In this document: positions 9,904-20,382 of the stretch, piece after piece
How the letters are laid out: each line of letters begins with the position of its first letter
How positions within the stretch are numbered: position 1 is the stretch's first letter
Source: Tubiluchus corallicola
Taxonomy: Eukaryota; Animalia; Priapulida
Assembly (NCBI GenBank): GCA_030141605.1
Contig: JAQGDQ010000093.1
Coordinates: forward strand, 1 to 64,000
Reading direction: 5' to 3'
DNA length: 64,000 nucleotides
Notes under the pieces: model-generated
The model's input: only the letters and a program-made list of their open reading frames with translations
Told to the model about the DNA's origin: nothing
Databases searched by the model: none
Made by a program: the position numbers and the translations under genes

Positions 9904-10888
9904 TATGGATTTTGCTAAACCCGGATTTTTTTATCTGTTTTTGGTTTTTGTGCCAATGATAGCGTGGTATGTGTGGCGGCAAAAAACGTTGATGGCAAGT
10001 ATAAGCATATCAACATTAAATGGGTTTGAGAAAGCCCCCAACACATGGAGACACTATCTGCGCCACTCTATTTTTGTTATTCAGCTTATGGCTATGTCTC
10101 TTCTTATCCTGAGCTTGGCCCGTCCTCAGTCATCGGATAGCTGGGAGACCCAGTCTACAGAGGGTATAGATATAGTTATAGCTTTTGATATATCAAGTTC
10201 CATGCTGGCAAGGGATTTTAGCCCCGACAGACTTGAAGCAGCCAAAGCTGTAGCTACAGAGTTTATTTCAGGCAGGCCTTATGATCGTATCGGCTTAGTT
10301 GTTTTTGCGGGAGAGAGTTTTACACAGTGTCCTCTTACTACAGATCACGCAGTACTTATAAATTTGCTTAGGGAGGTCAAGTGTGGTATGATTGAGGATG
10401 GTACGGCAATTGGCCTTGGCCTTGCAACTTCAGTGGCAAGGCTGAAGGAGAGCGATGCAAGCAGCAAGGTTGTAATTTTGCTTACCGATGGTGAAAATAA
10501 CAGGGGAGAGATTGCCCCTATAACTGCCGCAGAAATTGCAAAAACTTACGGAGTAAGAGTTTACTCTATCGGAGTTGGAACTATCGGCACCGCACCTTTT
10601 CCTGTGCAAACCAACCTTGGAACACGTATAAGAAATGTTGAGGTTAAGATAGATGAAAAAGCCTTACAGAGCATATCAGATCTCACAGATGGGAAGTACT
10701 ACAGGGCTACTAATAAAGCGAAACTGGTAGAGATATATAAGACGATTGATAAGCTTGAGCGCTCTAAAATGGAGGTTCATGAGTTTAGTAAAAAGAATGA
10801 GGAGTATCTTAGGTTTGCTATTCCTGCACTTCTGGTGGCCCTTGTGGGGTTTTTTATGAAGGTTACGGTTTTTAGGAATATACCTTAG
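9896..10888 (+). CDS. batA: BatA vWA-domain protein
   Basis: N-terminal BatA TM domain, LARPQ, MIDAS DISSSM, GTAIG, LLTDGENN. Confidence 0.93.
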   Translation: MASMDFAKPGFFYLFLVFVPMIAWYVWRQKTLMASISISTLNGFEKAPNTWRHYLRHSIFVIQLMAMSLLILSLARPQSSDSWETQSTEGIDIVIAFDISSSMLARDFSPDRLEAAKAVATEFISGRPYDRIGLVVFAGESFTQCPLTTDHAVLINLLREVKCGMIEDGTAIGLGLATSVARLKESDASSKVVILLTDGENNRGEIAPITAAEIAKTYGVRVYSIGVGTIGTAPFPVQTNLGTRIRNVEVKIDEKALQSISDLTDGKYYRATNKAKLVEIYKTIDKLERSKMEVHEFSKKNEEYLRFAIPALLVALVGFFMKVTVFRNIP

Positions 10889-10965
10889 GCTGTACAGGTC
10901 TGACAGGTGGAGGTAAGAATTGGTGGAAAAAGGAGAAGCTTCAACAAAGAGATGTTATTAAGTAT

Positions 10966-12006
10966 ATGGAGTCATTTAGGTTTGCACATCCGGAATATTT
11001 TTACTTTATGCTGATAATTCCGGCATTTGTAGTTATTTTTTTGCTGTCTGTGAGAGGGAGGAAGAGGGCCCTGGCTCACTTCGGAGATATGTCAATACTT
11101 CGGCAGTTGATGCCAAGTGTGTCGACAGGTCGCCATATTGTCAAGTTTGTTGTCTGGATGCTGGCATTTACTTTTATTATTATTGGTATTGCGAGGCCAC
11201 AGTATGGCTCAAAGCTTACAACCGTAAAGAGGGAAGGGGTAGAGCTAATTATTGCGCTGGATGTTTCTAAGAGTATGCTTGCGGAAGATATTACCCCGAA
11301 TCGTCTGGAGAGAGCAAAACGTGCAATTTCTAGATTAACTGAGAGCCTGCATAATGATAAGATAGGGCTTGTAGTTTTTGCAGGTGATGCATATATGCAG
11401 TTGCCAATAACAGCTGATTACACTTCAGCAAAGCTTTTTCTTGGTGCAATAGATACGGATATTGTTCCAGTTCAGGGGACCGCAATAGGGGCAGCAATAA
11501 ATCTTAGCTCTAACTCATTTTCACCCAACTTTGATGGGAGCAAGGCAATAATTATAATAACTGACGGAGAGAATCATGAAGATGATGCTATATCTGAGGC
11601 ACAGAAAGCCTACAGCAACGGTATTGTTGTTTATACTATTGGTATGGGGTCATCACAGGGGGTCCCGATACCTCTTGAACTACCGGATGGCAGACGTGAT
11701 TTTCATAGGGATAAAGATGGGAATATAGTGGTTACGAAGCTAAATGAGGAGATGCTTGCCAGGATTGCGGTAGCGGGTGGGGGTAAGAGTATTTTTGCCA
11801 GTAACGCACAGGTGGGGCTGGATAAACTGTTTGAAGAGATAGGAAAAATGGATAAAGCGGAACTGGAATCACGCATTTATTCAGAGTATAATGAGCAGTA
11901 TGCTCTTTTCATTGCAATTGGGCTGGCACTGATGCTTATAGATTTTCTTATTCTTGAGAGGAAGAATAAATGGCTAAAAAATTATAGATTATTTGGTACA
12001 CACTGA
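10966..12006 (+). CDS. batB: BatB vWA-domain protein
   Basis: ARPQYG, DVSKSM, PNRLERAK, ITDGENHE; follows batA. Confidence 0.92.
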   Translation: MESFRFAHPEYFYFMLIIPAFVVIFLLSVRGRKRALAHFGDMSILRQLMPSVSTGRHIVKFVVWMLAFTFIIIGIARPQYGSKLTTVKREGVELIIALDVSKSMLAEDITPNRLERAKRAISRLTESLHNDKIGLVVFAGDAYMQLPITADYTSAKLFLGAIDTDIVPVQGTAIGAAINLSSNSFSPNFDGSKAIIIITDGENHEDDAISEAQKAYSNGIVVYTIGMGSSQGVPIPLELPDGRRDFHRDKDGNIVVTKLNEEMLARIAVAGGGKSIFASNAQVGLDKLFEEIGKMDKAELESRIYSEYNEQYALFIAIGLALMLIDFLILERKNKWLKNYRLFGTH

Positions 12007-12826
12007 AATGATAGTTATGAAGCAGCTAGTAGTTATTTTTTTGGTATTGGGCTCATCGCTTGCCGCGTCTGCACAGAAGGAGAGGCGGTTTGTGCGTCAT
12101 GGGAATAAGCTGTACAATGAAGGGTTAAAAGATACAGTAGCTCTTGATACTATTAAGTTTGGGGAGGCAGAAGTGGCATACAGGCGGGCGTTACAACAGA
12201 AGCCTGATAATTTTCAATGGCAATTTAACTTAGCTGGTGCTTTGTATAAACAGGCTAAGCCTCAGCAGGCAGCAAGTGCTTTTGAAAGGCTTGCAGAGCA
12301 AACTGATAAACCAAGTGAAAAGGCGATGGTGTATCATAATATGGGTAATTCATTATTGGCGCAGGAAAAGATAGATGAGAGCATCGATGCGTATAAAGAG
12401 GCATTGCGACTAAATCCGGGAGATATTGAAACCAAGTATAATCTTGCATATGCTCAAAAGATGAAGCAGCAGCAGGAAGATCAGGATCAGGATCAGAACC
12501 AGGATCAGAACCAGGATCAGAACCAGGATCAGAACCAGGATCAAGACCAGGATCAAGACCAGGATCAGGACCAGGATCAGGATCAAGATCAGGATCAGAA
12601 CCAGGACCAGGACCAGAATCAGGATCAGAATCAGGATCAGAACCAGGATCAGAACCAGGATCAGGACCAGAATCAGGACCAAAATCAGGACCAAAATAAG
12701 ATAGATAGAGAAACTGCGGAGCGTTTATTACAGATGCTTGAGAATGATGAAAAAGAGACACAGGAGAGGGTAAAGAAGATGCAGGCCGAGCAAGCAAAAA
12801 AGGTAAGAGTGGAGAAGGACTGGTAG
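11993..12826 (+). CDS. batC: BatC TPR protein with Q/D/N-rich linker (start probably ATG 12017)
   Basis: TPR motifs (HNMGNSL, YKEALRLNPGD.ETKYNLAYA), Q-rich tract, C-terminal EKDW. Confidence 0.9.
   Translation: MVHTEMIVMKQLVVIFLVLGSSLAASAQKERRFVRHGNKLYNEGLKDTVALDTIKFGEAEVAYRRALQQKPDNFQWQFNLAGALYKQAKPQQAASAFERLAEQTDKPSEKAMVYHNMGNSLLAQEKIDESIDAYKEALRLNPGDIETKYNLAYAQKMKQQQEDQDQDQNQDQNQDQNQDQNQDQDQDQDQDQDQDQDQDQDQNQDQDQNQDQNQDQNQDQNQDQDQNQDQNQDQNKIDRETAERLLQMLENDEKETQERVKKMQAEQAKKVRVEKDW
12479..12697 (+). repeat. Coding hexanucleotide repeat (CAG-GAY / CAG-AAY) encoding poly(QD/QN)
   Basis: About 36 consecutive 6-bp units in frame within batC. Confidence 0.95.
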
Positions 12827-12942
12827 GGTTGGTACGCCTTTTGATGTGCATAATTTAGCATTTATAAAGATTACGCTTCAAAATTGCACTATTTTTGAGG
12901 AGAAAATCTTGAGGAGCTATGATTCGTACTATAATCATATAA

Positions 12943-14751
12943 ATGAGAAAAAACAGATTGATATTTTTGGGGATTATATCCCTTTTGGGGGTTATGCCTG
13001 CGCTGGCTACACAGGTTGATTTTAGGATGTCTGCCCCAAAGTTGGTGGAGCTGGGTGAACAGTTTCGTTTAACGCTGACCTTAAATGGTGAGGGGGAGGA
13101 GGTTAGTCTGCCTGAGTTGTCTGATTTTAATCTACTGATGGGGCCGTCAACTACTCAAAGTGTATCGGTAGAGTTTATTAACGGGAATAGTAAAAAGAAT
13201 GTTACCTCTTCTTATTCGTATGTTTTGCAGGCGAAAAAAGAGGGGGTGTACACAATAGGGTCGGCGAGCATAAAGGTGGGAGGGGAAAGATATACCTCGA
13301 ACCCTGTTACTCTGGAAGTTGTAAAGGGGTCTTCAAAGCCTTCGGGAGGTGGAGTTAATGAGCCTGCTGTCCAGTCAGGGGTTATTAGTAAAGAAGATCT
13401 GTTTGTGAAGGTTTTTTTAAACAAGAAGAGTGTGTTTAAGGGAGAACATATTGTGGCAACTATTAAAATATTTTCAAAAGTGGAACTTACCAGGCTTGGA
13501 AATATAAAATTGCCAAGTTTTGAGGGTTTCTGGCTGCAGGATATTGAGACTCCTCAGCAGATATCTTTGCAAAGGGAGGCTTATAATGGAGAGATATACA
13601 ATGTCGGAGTACTAAAAAAAGCTGTTTTATTTCCGCAGCACTCGGGAGAGATAAAGATAGAGCCTGCCGAGATTGAGTGTTTTGTTAGGCAACGAGTTAG
13701 TCACCGCTCCAGAAACTTTTTTGATGATTTCTTTAACTCATATTCCACTGTTAGAGTGACAGCGTTGAGCCCTCCTGCGAGCGTAAAAGTTAAGCCGCAT
13801 CCAACACCCCCTGCCGGCTTTTCCGGAGGGGTAGGAGATTTTAGCTTTACGGCATCTATAAGTGATACCAATGTTAAAGAGAACGATGCGATAACGCTGA
13901 AGTTTAAAATTACCGGGAATGGTAATATTAAACTTATAAATGGGCCAAAGGTTAACCTTCCTCCTGATTTTGAGGCTTACGATCCCAAAACAGCATCTGA
14001 CTATAAGGCTTCAGAGGAGGGGTTAAAAGGCAGCATAACTTTTGAGCATCTGTTTTTACCAAGGTATGCCGGGGATTATGCAATACCCCCAGTAGAGTTT
14101 ACCTACTTCAATCCTTCATTGGCAAAGTATGTAACCAAAAAGTCTTCTTCATTTGCTCTGCATGTTGAAAAAGGCGAGGGAGAACATTCTTCTGGAATGA
14201 TACAGTCTGTATCGAGAGAGAGTGTAAGGTTTATAGGTAAGGATATAAGATATATTAAGCAAGGGACAGGGAAGTTGTATGTAAAAGGGTATATCTTTTT
14301 CGGGTCACTGAGATATTATCTTATACATTTAGGGGGACTGTTTTTACTACTGTTTATTTATTTTCTGAATAGGAAGCGAATAAAGGAGAGAGCCAACATT
14401 GCAAAGCATAGGAACCGGAAGGCTGCTAGGGTTGCCAAGAAGCACCTCAGAGGGGCAAAGGAGCATCTCAGCAAGAGAGAGCCGGAGAGTTTTTACGAGT
14501 CGGTAATGCGTGCGTTTTGGGGGTATCTTAGTGATAAATTGACCATTCCTGTTTCGGAGTTAAATCGTGAGAGGGCATCTGAGGTGCTGAGCGAGAGAGG
14601 AGTGTCTAGGGAGTTAATTGCTGGGTTTATGAAGGTATTGGATGCGTGTGAGTTTGCCAGGTTTGCCCCGAGCGGAAGTGTAGAACAGATGGGTGGTGTG
14701 TATGAGGATGCAAGTGAGGTGATGAATAAAATGGAGAGAGAAATTGGGTAA
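12943..14751 (+). CDS. batD: BatD protein
   Basis: Signal peptide, repeated Ig-like BatD domains, TM, CEFARFAP; operon order. Confidence 0.92.
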   Translation: MRKNRLIFLGIISLLGVMPALATQVDFRMSAPKLVELGEQFRLTLTLNGEGEEVSLPELSDFNLLMGPSTTQSVSVEFINGNSKKNVTSSYSYVLQAKKEGVYTIGSASIKVGGERYTSNPVTLEVVKGSSKPSGGGVNEPAVQSGVISKEDLFVKVFLNKKSVFKGEHIVATIKIFSKVELTRLGNIKLPSFEGFWLQDIETPQQISLQREAYNGEIYNVGVLKKAVLFPQHSGEIKIEPAEIECFVRQRVSHRSRNFFDDFFNSYSTVRVTALSPPASVKVKPHPTPPAGFSGGVGDFSFTASISDTNVKENDAITLKFKITGNGNIKLINGPKVNLPPDFEAYDPKTASDYKASEEGLKGSITFEHLFLPRYAGDYAIPPVEFTYFNPSLAKYVTKKSSSFALHVEKGEGEHSSGMIQSVSRESVRFIGKDIRYIKQGTGKLYVKGYIFFGSLRYYLIHLGGLFLLLFIYFLNRKRIKERANIAKHRNRKAARVAKKHLRGAKEHLSKREPESFYESVMRAFWGYLSDKLTIPVSELNRERASEVLSERGVSRELIAGFMKVLDACEFARFAPSGSVEQMGGVYEDASEVMNKMEREIG

Positions 14752-14788
14752 TATTTTTGACTTTTGAAGTTTTTAAAGATTAGGGGTT

Positions 14789-15571
14789 ATGGAATATCGA
14801 ATGATAAATACGGGTCGAAAATATGCAATGACGCTGCTGGCTGCTATGTTAAGCCTGCTACTTGTTGCTCAGGACGGAGACAAGCTTGCAATAGAGAGTG
14901 CGTCTCAGTTGTACGGTGAGGATAAGTTTGCTGAGGCAGTTGAAGTCTACGAGGCTGCTTTGGCAGCAGGGGTTGAATCTGCAGTTATATATTTCAATTT
15001 AGGAAATTCTTATTACAAGTTGGGGGAGTTTTCGAAGGCGATATTAAGTTATGAGAGAGCGCTTTTGCTTGCGCCCGGTGATAAGGATGTTCTGTATAAC
15101 CTGGAGTTGGTAAATGCTTATATTGTGGATGATATTGAAAAGCTACCGGAGATATTTGTGGCAAAGTGGTACCGGCAGATGGTTAACTTACATTCGGTAG
15201 ATGAATGGGGCTGGCAGAGTGTGATCGCTTTTATTTTGGGGCTGGCTTTATTTGGTACTTTTCTCTTTTCAGGAAGAGTGCTTTTAAAGAAGATGGCTTT
15301 TATATTTGTTGTGATAACATTTCTGTATAGTGGAGTATCATTTTCATTTGCGTTGTCGCAAAAGAAGAAAATGACTATCCGGAATCATGCTATCATTTTT
15401 TCCAGAAGCGTAACTGTAAAAAGTTCACCAAGCGAAACCGGGACAGGCCTGTTTATTGTTCATGAGGGGCTGAAAGTGGAGTTGACAGATAGCATCGGGA
15501 AGTGGGTTGAGATAAAGATAGCAGATGGTAACAAGGGCTGGGTGCAGGATGCTGCTGTGGTAAAGATCTAA
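14789..15571 (+). CDS. batE: BatE TPR/SH3-domain protein
   Basis: YFNLGNSYYK..AILSYERALLL.P; C-terminal SH3b HEGLKV...W.EIKIADGNKGW. Confidence 0.92.
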   Translation: MEYRMINTGRKYAMTLLAAMLSLLLVAQDGDKLAIESASQLYGEDKFAEAVEVYEAALAAGVESAVIYFNLGNSYYKLGEFSKAILSYERALLLAPGDKDVLYNLELVNAYIVDDIEKLPEIFVAKWYRQMVNLHSVDEWGWQSVIAFILGLALFGTFLFSGRVLLKKMAFIFVVITFLYSGVSFSFALSQKKKMTIRNHAIIFSRSVTVKSSPSETGTGLFIVHEGLKVELTDSIGKWVEIKIADGNKGWVQDAAVVKI

Positions 15572-15621
15572 TTGACAGGGTTTTAAGTTGTCAAAGGTTT
15601 TTGTTTCTTGTTCAAATATAA

Positions 15622-16851
15622 ATGCTCCCAGAAGAGATACATAATATTCTAATTCAGGATTATAGCTACAATCTGCCGGATAACAGAATTGCAAAGTACC
15701 CGCTGAAGAGAAGGGACAGAGCGCGACTGTTGGTCTGGAAAGGTGGTGTGATTAAAGATACATCTTTTCACTGTATTGCTGATTATTTGCCGAATAATAG
15801 TCTCTTGGTTTTCAACAATACAAAAGTGATTAGGGCGCGGCTGGAGTTTAAAAAACAGACAGGTGCACGAATTGAGGTTTTTTGTTTAGAACCTTATTAT
15901 CCCAGGGAGTATGGCTTGTCATTTGCGCAGCGAGGGAAATGTGCCTGGAGGTGCATCGTGGGGAATCTTGGGAAGTGGAAGGGAGGTGTGTTGGAGAAGC
16001 GTATTAAATCAGGAGGGAGAGATGTACTATTAAGTGTAGAGAGAGGTGAGGCTGTGGGAGGTGATATATTGGTTACATTTTCGTGGGATGATGCTGAGAG
16101 CACATTTGCAGATATACTTGATGCATCGGGAAGTGTTCCCATTCCGCCCTATATGAATAGAAAGTCGGAGGAGAGTGATACATCCCGTTATCAAACTGTT
16201 TATTCAAAAGTGAAAGGATCGGTAGCGGCTCCTACCGCCGGGCTGCATTTTACACAAGATGTCTTTAGTTCTTTTCGGTCGAAGAGTATTGAAACTGCAG
16301 AGCTTACTTTACATATAGGGGCAGCTACTTTTAGACCTGTTATGTCAAATGTGGTGGGAGAGCATGAGATGCATGTTGAGCATATAGTGGTTGAGAAGCG
16401 CTTTATTGCTAAGCTGTTAAGGCATAAGGGGAGCGTTGTTGCAGCAGGTACCACTTCTATGCGCACTTTAGAAAGCCTATTTTGGATGGGGAAAAAGGTA
16501 CTTGACACTCCGGAGTTAGAGCCTTCAGATCTGCATGTAACGCAGTGGGAACCTTATAGTAGCACAGGCCGAGCTCCCAAAGCGGATGAAGCCTTGGAAG
16601 CTTTATACTCTTATATGGAGCGTAGCAGGCTGGAAGCACTTAGTAGTACTACGCAAATAATGATTGTTCCCGGCTATGAGTTTAGGATTGTAAATGGAAT
16701 AATTACTAATTTTCACCAGCCACAAAGCACTCTTTTGCTCCTTGTATCCGCGTTTATTGGCAAAGATTGGCGAAAAGTGTATAGTCATGCCATGGATAAT
16801 GGTTACCGGTTTTTGAGCTATGGAGACTCCAATCTTTATATAAGGGAGTAG
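15622..16851 (+). CDS. queA: S-adenosylmethionine:tRNA ribosyltransferase-isomerase
   Basis: YQTVYS..GSVAAPTAGLHFT, LTLHIGA.TF.P, GTTS.RTLES, TNFHQPQSTLLLL, YRFLSYGDS. Confidence 0.96.
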   Translation: MLPEEIHNILIQDYSYNLPDNRIAKYPLKRRDRARLLVWKGGVIKDTSFHCIADYLPNNSLLVFNNTKVIRARLEFKKQTGARIEVFCLEPYYPREYGLSFAQRGKCAWRCIVGNLGKWKGGVLEKRIKSGGRDVLLSVERGEAVGGDILVTFSWDDAESTFADILDASGSVPIPPYMNRKSEESDTSRYQTVYSKVKGSVAAPTAGLHFTQDVFSSFRSKSIETAELTLHIGAATFRPVMSNVVGEHEMHVEHIVVEKRFIAKLLRHKGSVVAAGTTSMRTLESLFWMGKKVLDTPELEPSDLHVTQWEPYSSTGRAPKADEALEALYSYMERSRLEALSSTTQIMIVPGYEFRIVNGIITNFHQPQSTLLLLVSAFIGKDWRKVYSHAMDNGYRFLSYGDSNLYIRE

Positions 16852-18396
16852 TTAAAAATCAAAGTTTATCCCGGCAAAGACACCTGTTCGTGTTTCGAGG
16901 TTGCTTCCATAATCTCCGGCAACACCCAGGTGAAGAGCGAAAGGCAGCTTCTCGCCTATATATGAACATTTGGCATAGAGAGATATCTGGTCTAGCGGGT
17001 TTTTATGCGGGTCGATGTATGTGCCAAAATTTTTGGAGAAGGTGAAAAGGGATTCCCACCTGAGATCTCTATTTAGGTACCCTTTTGCTCCTGTGTGCAA
17101 CATCCATATTCTGTTGTTTTTGAAGCCCACTGAAATACCGTCTTCATTGATAGCAGGTATAAATAGAGGGCTCCCCAGCATTCTACTGTAATACGTATGC
17201 CCGGATTTATATACACTATGGTTAAAGTAGTCATCTAAGCCTCTGCCTCCATATTCCGGATGCAGATGGTATTCTCCACTCTGATGCTTTGTGTGCATAA
17301 ATTCGCAGACTATCTCATTTACTAATGACTGTTTTTCCCATTTTAAATGGGTACCCCATAAGCCATCAGCCCAGTTTACGAACTCCATTCCCGAACGGTC
17401 TTCAAAGAAATGGTTGTAATAGAAAGTCAAGGCTTTGCTGCCATATGTTTTGCTTATTTTAAATACATATGTCCCCAGCGAGTTTCCTGCAACATTTAGC
17501 TGATCTGTTTCCGGCGCATTTGAGCTTCCCCCCCGCCCTAAAATGTAACGGAAATAATCTTCTATTCCAGGTAGTTTACCATATTCAGGAGAGTCTCCTC
17601 CCCAGTATGTCCAGAGATCAGCACCTGCTATAGCTTGCCAATTATTACCTAAATATGCTCGCAGGTATAAGTTTTTATGGTGAAGTTTAGCATTTTTTAC
17701 ATGACGCTCATCTATGAGGAAGTTTTCTTCATATTCAAATTTTAATGAGAACCATTTTTCCCAGAAAAAAAATGGGATATATCCGTTCGACGCCAGTTCT
17801 ATCCGAGGCATGGGGCGCGCATTACTAGATAAGACCATATTGCCATTTGTGGATGATAATCCCCCATATCTAGTCGGTTCAGCCTGCATTCCCCCGCGTA
17901 GAACCAACCATTTAAAGCGTATTCCTGCCCATGCTTCATTAATGTGAAAGTCAGATCTTGATGCATTGCCATATACCATGTTCAGCCCATAGGTAACTCC
18001 CCAGCTTTTGCCAGCATCCTGTTCAAGTTCCCGTGATGCACCTATAGACACAAGCTGATAGGTAGAGTTGGGTGCGGTAAATACTCCATTCTTATTTGAT
18101 GTCACCCAGAATGGCAGATCATCACCGGAGCTGACGTATGAGCTTAGTGAGGCTTGAAATGATGGTCTATACGGCGATGTTTGGGATTTCCCCTGAATAA
18201 CTGTTAAAGTAAGAGCTAGTATGCATATATGCCTTATAGCAAAGGCCTTTGTAAAATTTGCCTTTTTACTAGTATTTTTGGTAAAGTACTCTTCAAAACC
18301 CTTACTTATATCAGTAGGTAGCGGGTTTTTATCGAATTTTTTCTTATTCTGAACCACAATCTTTCGTCTTGTGAAGGCCTCAGTAGATCGTTTCAT
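16852..18396 (-). CDS. Capsule assembly Wzi-family outer-membrane beta-barrel protein (true start probably internal)
   Basis: LPFW..SNK.G, LSSTNGN...S.NARP.P, LHHKNLY, DDYFNH.VY; C-terminal F. Confidence 0.75.
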   Translation of the reverse strand: MKRSTEAFTRRKIVVQNKKKFDKNPLPTDISKGFEEYFTKNTSKKANFTKAFAIRHICILALTLTVIQGKSQTSPYRPSFQASLSSYVSSGDDLPFWVTSNKNGVFTAPNSTYQLVSIGASRELEQDAGKSWGVTYGLNMVYGNASRSDFHINEAWAGIRFKWLVLRGGMQAEPTRYGGLSSTNGNMVLSSNARPMPRIELASNGYIPFFFWEKWFSLKFEYEENFLIDERHVKNAKLHHKNLYLRAYLGNNWQAIAGADLWTYWGGDSPEYGKLPGIEDYFRYILGRGGSSNAPETDQLNVAGNSLGTYVFKISKTYGSKALTFYYNHFFEDRSGMEFVNWADGLWGTHLKWEKQSLVNEIVCEFMHTKHQSGEYHLHPEYGGRGLDDYFNHSVYKSGHTYYSRMLGSPLFIPAINEDGISVGFKNNRIWMLHTGAKGYLNRDLRWESLFTFSKNFGTYIDPHKNPLDQISLYAKCSYIGEKLPFALHLGVAGDYGSNLETRTGVFAGINFDF

Positions 18397-18454
18397 AATG
18401 ATTTTAGAGGAGCATGTTAGTTAAGTATTATGCAATGGCTAAGGTTATAAAAAA

Positions 18455-18856
18455 GCAGGCCTATAAGCCGGATTCTGTACCCGCATAGCGGGTTTCTATC
18501 ATTTATCTTGGACTGCTGTCACCAACAGCCTCAAGCAGCCTACCCTCCACGAAAAACAGGCGAGCCACCTGTTGCCCTACCTTTGCTTACAGGTACTCTG
18601 ATAACGCAGGTATTAACATGGCTCGTGGTATATTTGGCCTTGCAACCCATGAGGCGTACGACTATTTCGATCACTCGAAATATCGGTGGGCTCTTACCCC
18701 GCCTTTTCACCCTTATCCATAGATTATGGACGGTTATTTTCTGTTACGCTACTGCTAGACTTTAGTCTACCTTCCCGTTAGGAAGCATGGCGCTCTTTGT
18801 TGCCCGGACTTTCCTCACTCAAGTGAAAATCACTTAAGCGCGATAGAACAGCCTGC
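18455..18856 (-). ncRNA. rnpB: RNase P RNA (bacterial type A)
   Basis: Minus strand has GAGGAAAGTCCGGGC near the 5' end and ACAGAATCCGGCTTAT near the 3' end; ends pair (GCAGGC/GCCTGC). Confidence 0.96.
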
Positions 18857-18861
18857 GAATG

Positions 18862-18869
18862 CAAAGGTA
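18862..18869 (-). promoter_or_regulatory. Bacteroidota -7 promoter of rnpB
   Basis: TACCTTTG on the minus strand, 6 nt before the RNA 5' end. Confidence 0.75.
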
Positions 18870-19729
18870 TTAAATTTTGAATAGTTGTATACTCTTAATC
18901 CTTTGCAAAATGTATCTTTATTATTAATATTTTCTTCAAAACCCTAATTCAGGTCAGTAAGCTGCGATTTTTCATTGAAGTTTTTCCTCAATCTGAACCA
19001 AGATCTTTTGCTTCACAAAGGTTTTGAAATGCGTATTTTTTAATAATTTTTCTCACCCTTACTCAGAATATTTACCTCATAAAGATTCTGGTTTAGAGTC
19101 AAAACCTACACTTATGTGCGGTAAAACATAAAGGGACTGACTCATTTTGAACGAGCCTTCTTATGTTGCATAATAAATATTTCGCACTCGCTCTTTCACT
19201 TGCTACCCTCCAAATTATGTAGGTATTGACAATCCACTATTGTTAGTTCTGCCACTTTCCAATATTTTGATATGAGACACAGTAAATCCCTCTGGAGGCT
19301 TAAAAAAGTGTACAGTTCGTGTTGACGACTATACAGTTGTTTTTGATGTAGTGTATTCTTGATACAAAAGAGGCAAAAGATCAAGCCGTTAAAGGCAGTT
19401 TTTCTATTTCGCAGAGTTTGTAAGGTTCATCTGGTTTTGATTTGGCGATTTTCCTATCATTAATCTGCAAGGTTTTGCACGGAAGTTACAATAACCTTCG
19501 AAATTTAGGATACAATAATTCGTCAAGGAGTTAATCTATATAGTTGATATTAAGCATATAAATTTATTTAAGGGTTAAATCCCAACGTTGGATGATTTTG
19601 TACTCTTTCGGGGTTTTGTTTTTCCCCAAATTAATATTTCAACACAGAAGATTATTTACTCTTGAACATTTTTGCTAAATAATTCGGGACAGAAGCATGG
19701 ATTATGTTCTCAGGTATTTGTTGCTTCTT

Positions 19730-20290
19730 TTACTCAATCACCTCTTTTTCTTCATCCACTTTTTGTACTTTGTGAAGCTTAACATAGAAAATCAATGTCG
19801 AATATGCAGGGATACCAGTGCTTATACTACCGCCATACCCCAGTTTTGAGGGTATAATAAATTTAGCCTCTCCTCCCTCGCTCATATAGGAAACACCTTC
19901 ATCAAATCCCGAGACAGTAGCCCCTATACCTGCTATAAACTTAAATGGTTCATACCCATCCGATTTAAGATACTCATATCCCACGGTGTTATCGAAATTG
20001 TGTCCATCACCAATGCCTGTAGTTTCGTCTTCTTCGATCAGATACCCCTCATAATATACGTAGACCTCATCAAAAATAGCTACAGAGTCATTAGGGTCTG
20101 TAGAACCCGCCTTCCCTTCTATATAATAGAGCCCTGAAGATGTAGGCTCCTCATCAGGATGATACTTGCTTAAATACATGCTTCGCAGCCTCGTCTCCCT
20201 TTCCCTTGCCTGTTGACTGGTGGATTTTGAACACGAATAAAGGCCAAGCGCGGCAAGAGTAAATAGAATAACAGAAAGCCTTATTTTCAT
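19730..20290 (-). CDS. FKBP-type peptidyl-prolyl isomerase lipoprotein
   Basis: Lipobox LYSC; T.SGLYY, V.V.YEG.L, G.DEG...M..G, IIPS.LGYG, IPAYSTLIF.V.L; -7 box TAATTTTG at 20313-20320. Confidence 0.9.
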   Translation of the reverse strand: MKIRLSVILFTLAALGLYSCSKSTSQQARERETRLRSMYLSKYHPDEEPTSSGLYYIEGKAGSTDPNDSVAIFDEVYVYYEGYLIEEDETTGIGDGHNFDNTVGYEYLKSDGYEPFKFIAGIGATVSGFDEGVSYMSEGGEAKFIIPSKLGYGGSISTGIPAYSTLIFYVKLHKVQKVDEEKEVIE

Positions 20291-20382
20291 CTGTATAATA
20301 GTCAAAATTTATCAAAATTAACAAAATTCTTTCATTTCAAGTATTTTAGTATCCTTCCCGCTCCAAAAATAAAAAACCGGCA

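Noticed and set aside
12255-12851. CRISPR-like array or antisense ORFs (poly-ILV, PD-rich)
   Set aside because: In-frame hexamer repeat of batC with no spacers; the antisense ORFs are shadows
6931-15571. moxR-bat cluster as a novel system
   Set aside because: Canonical, well-described Bacteroidota operon in standard order
18508-18765. 85-aa ORF
   Set aside because: Antisense to the RNase P RNA
19550-19582. dif-like site ending GTTAAAT
   Set aside because: Poor match to the XerD arm TTATGTTAAAT and no clear inverted XerC arm
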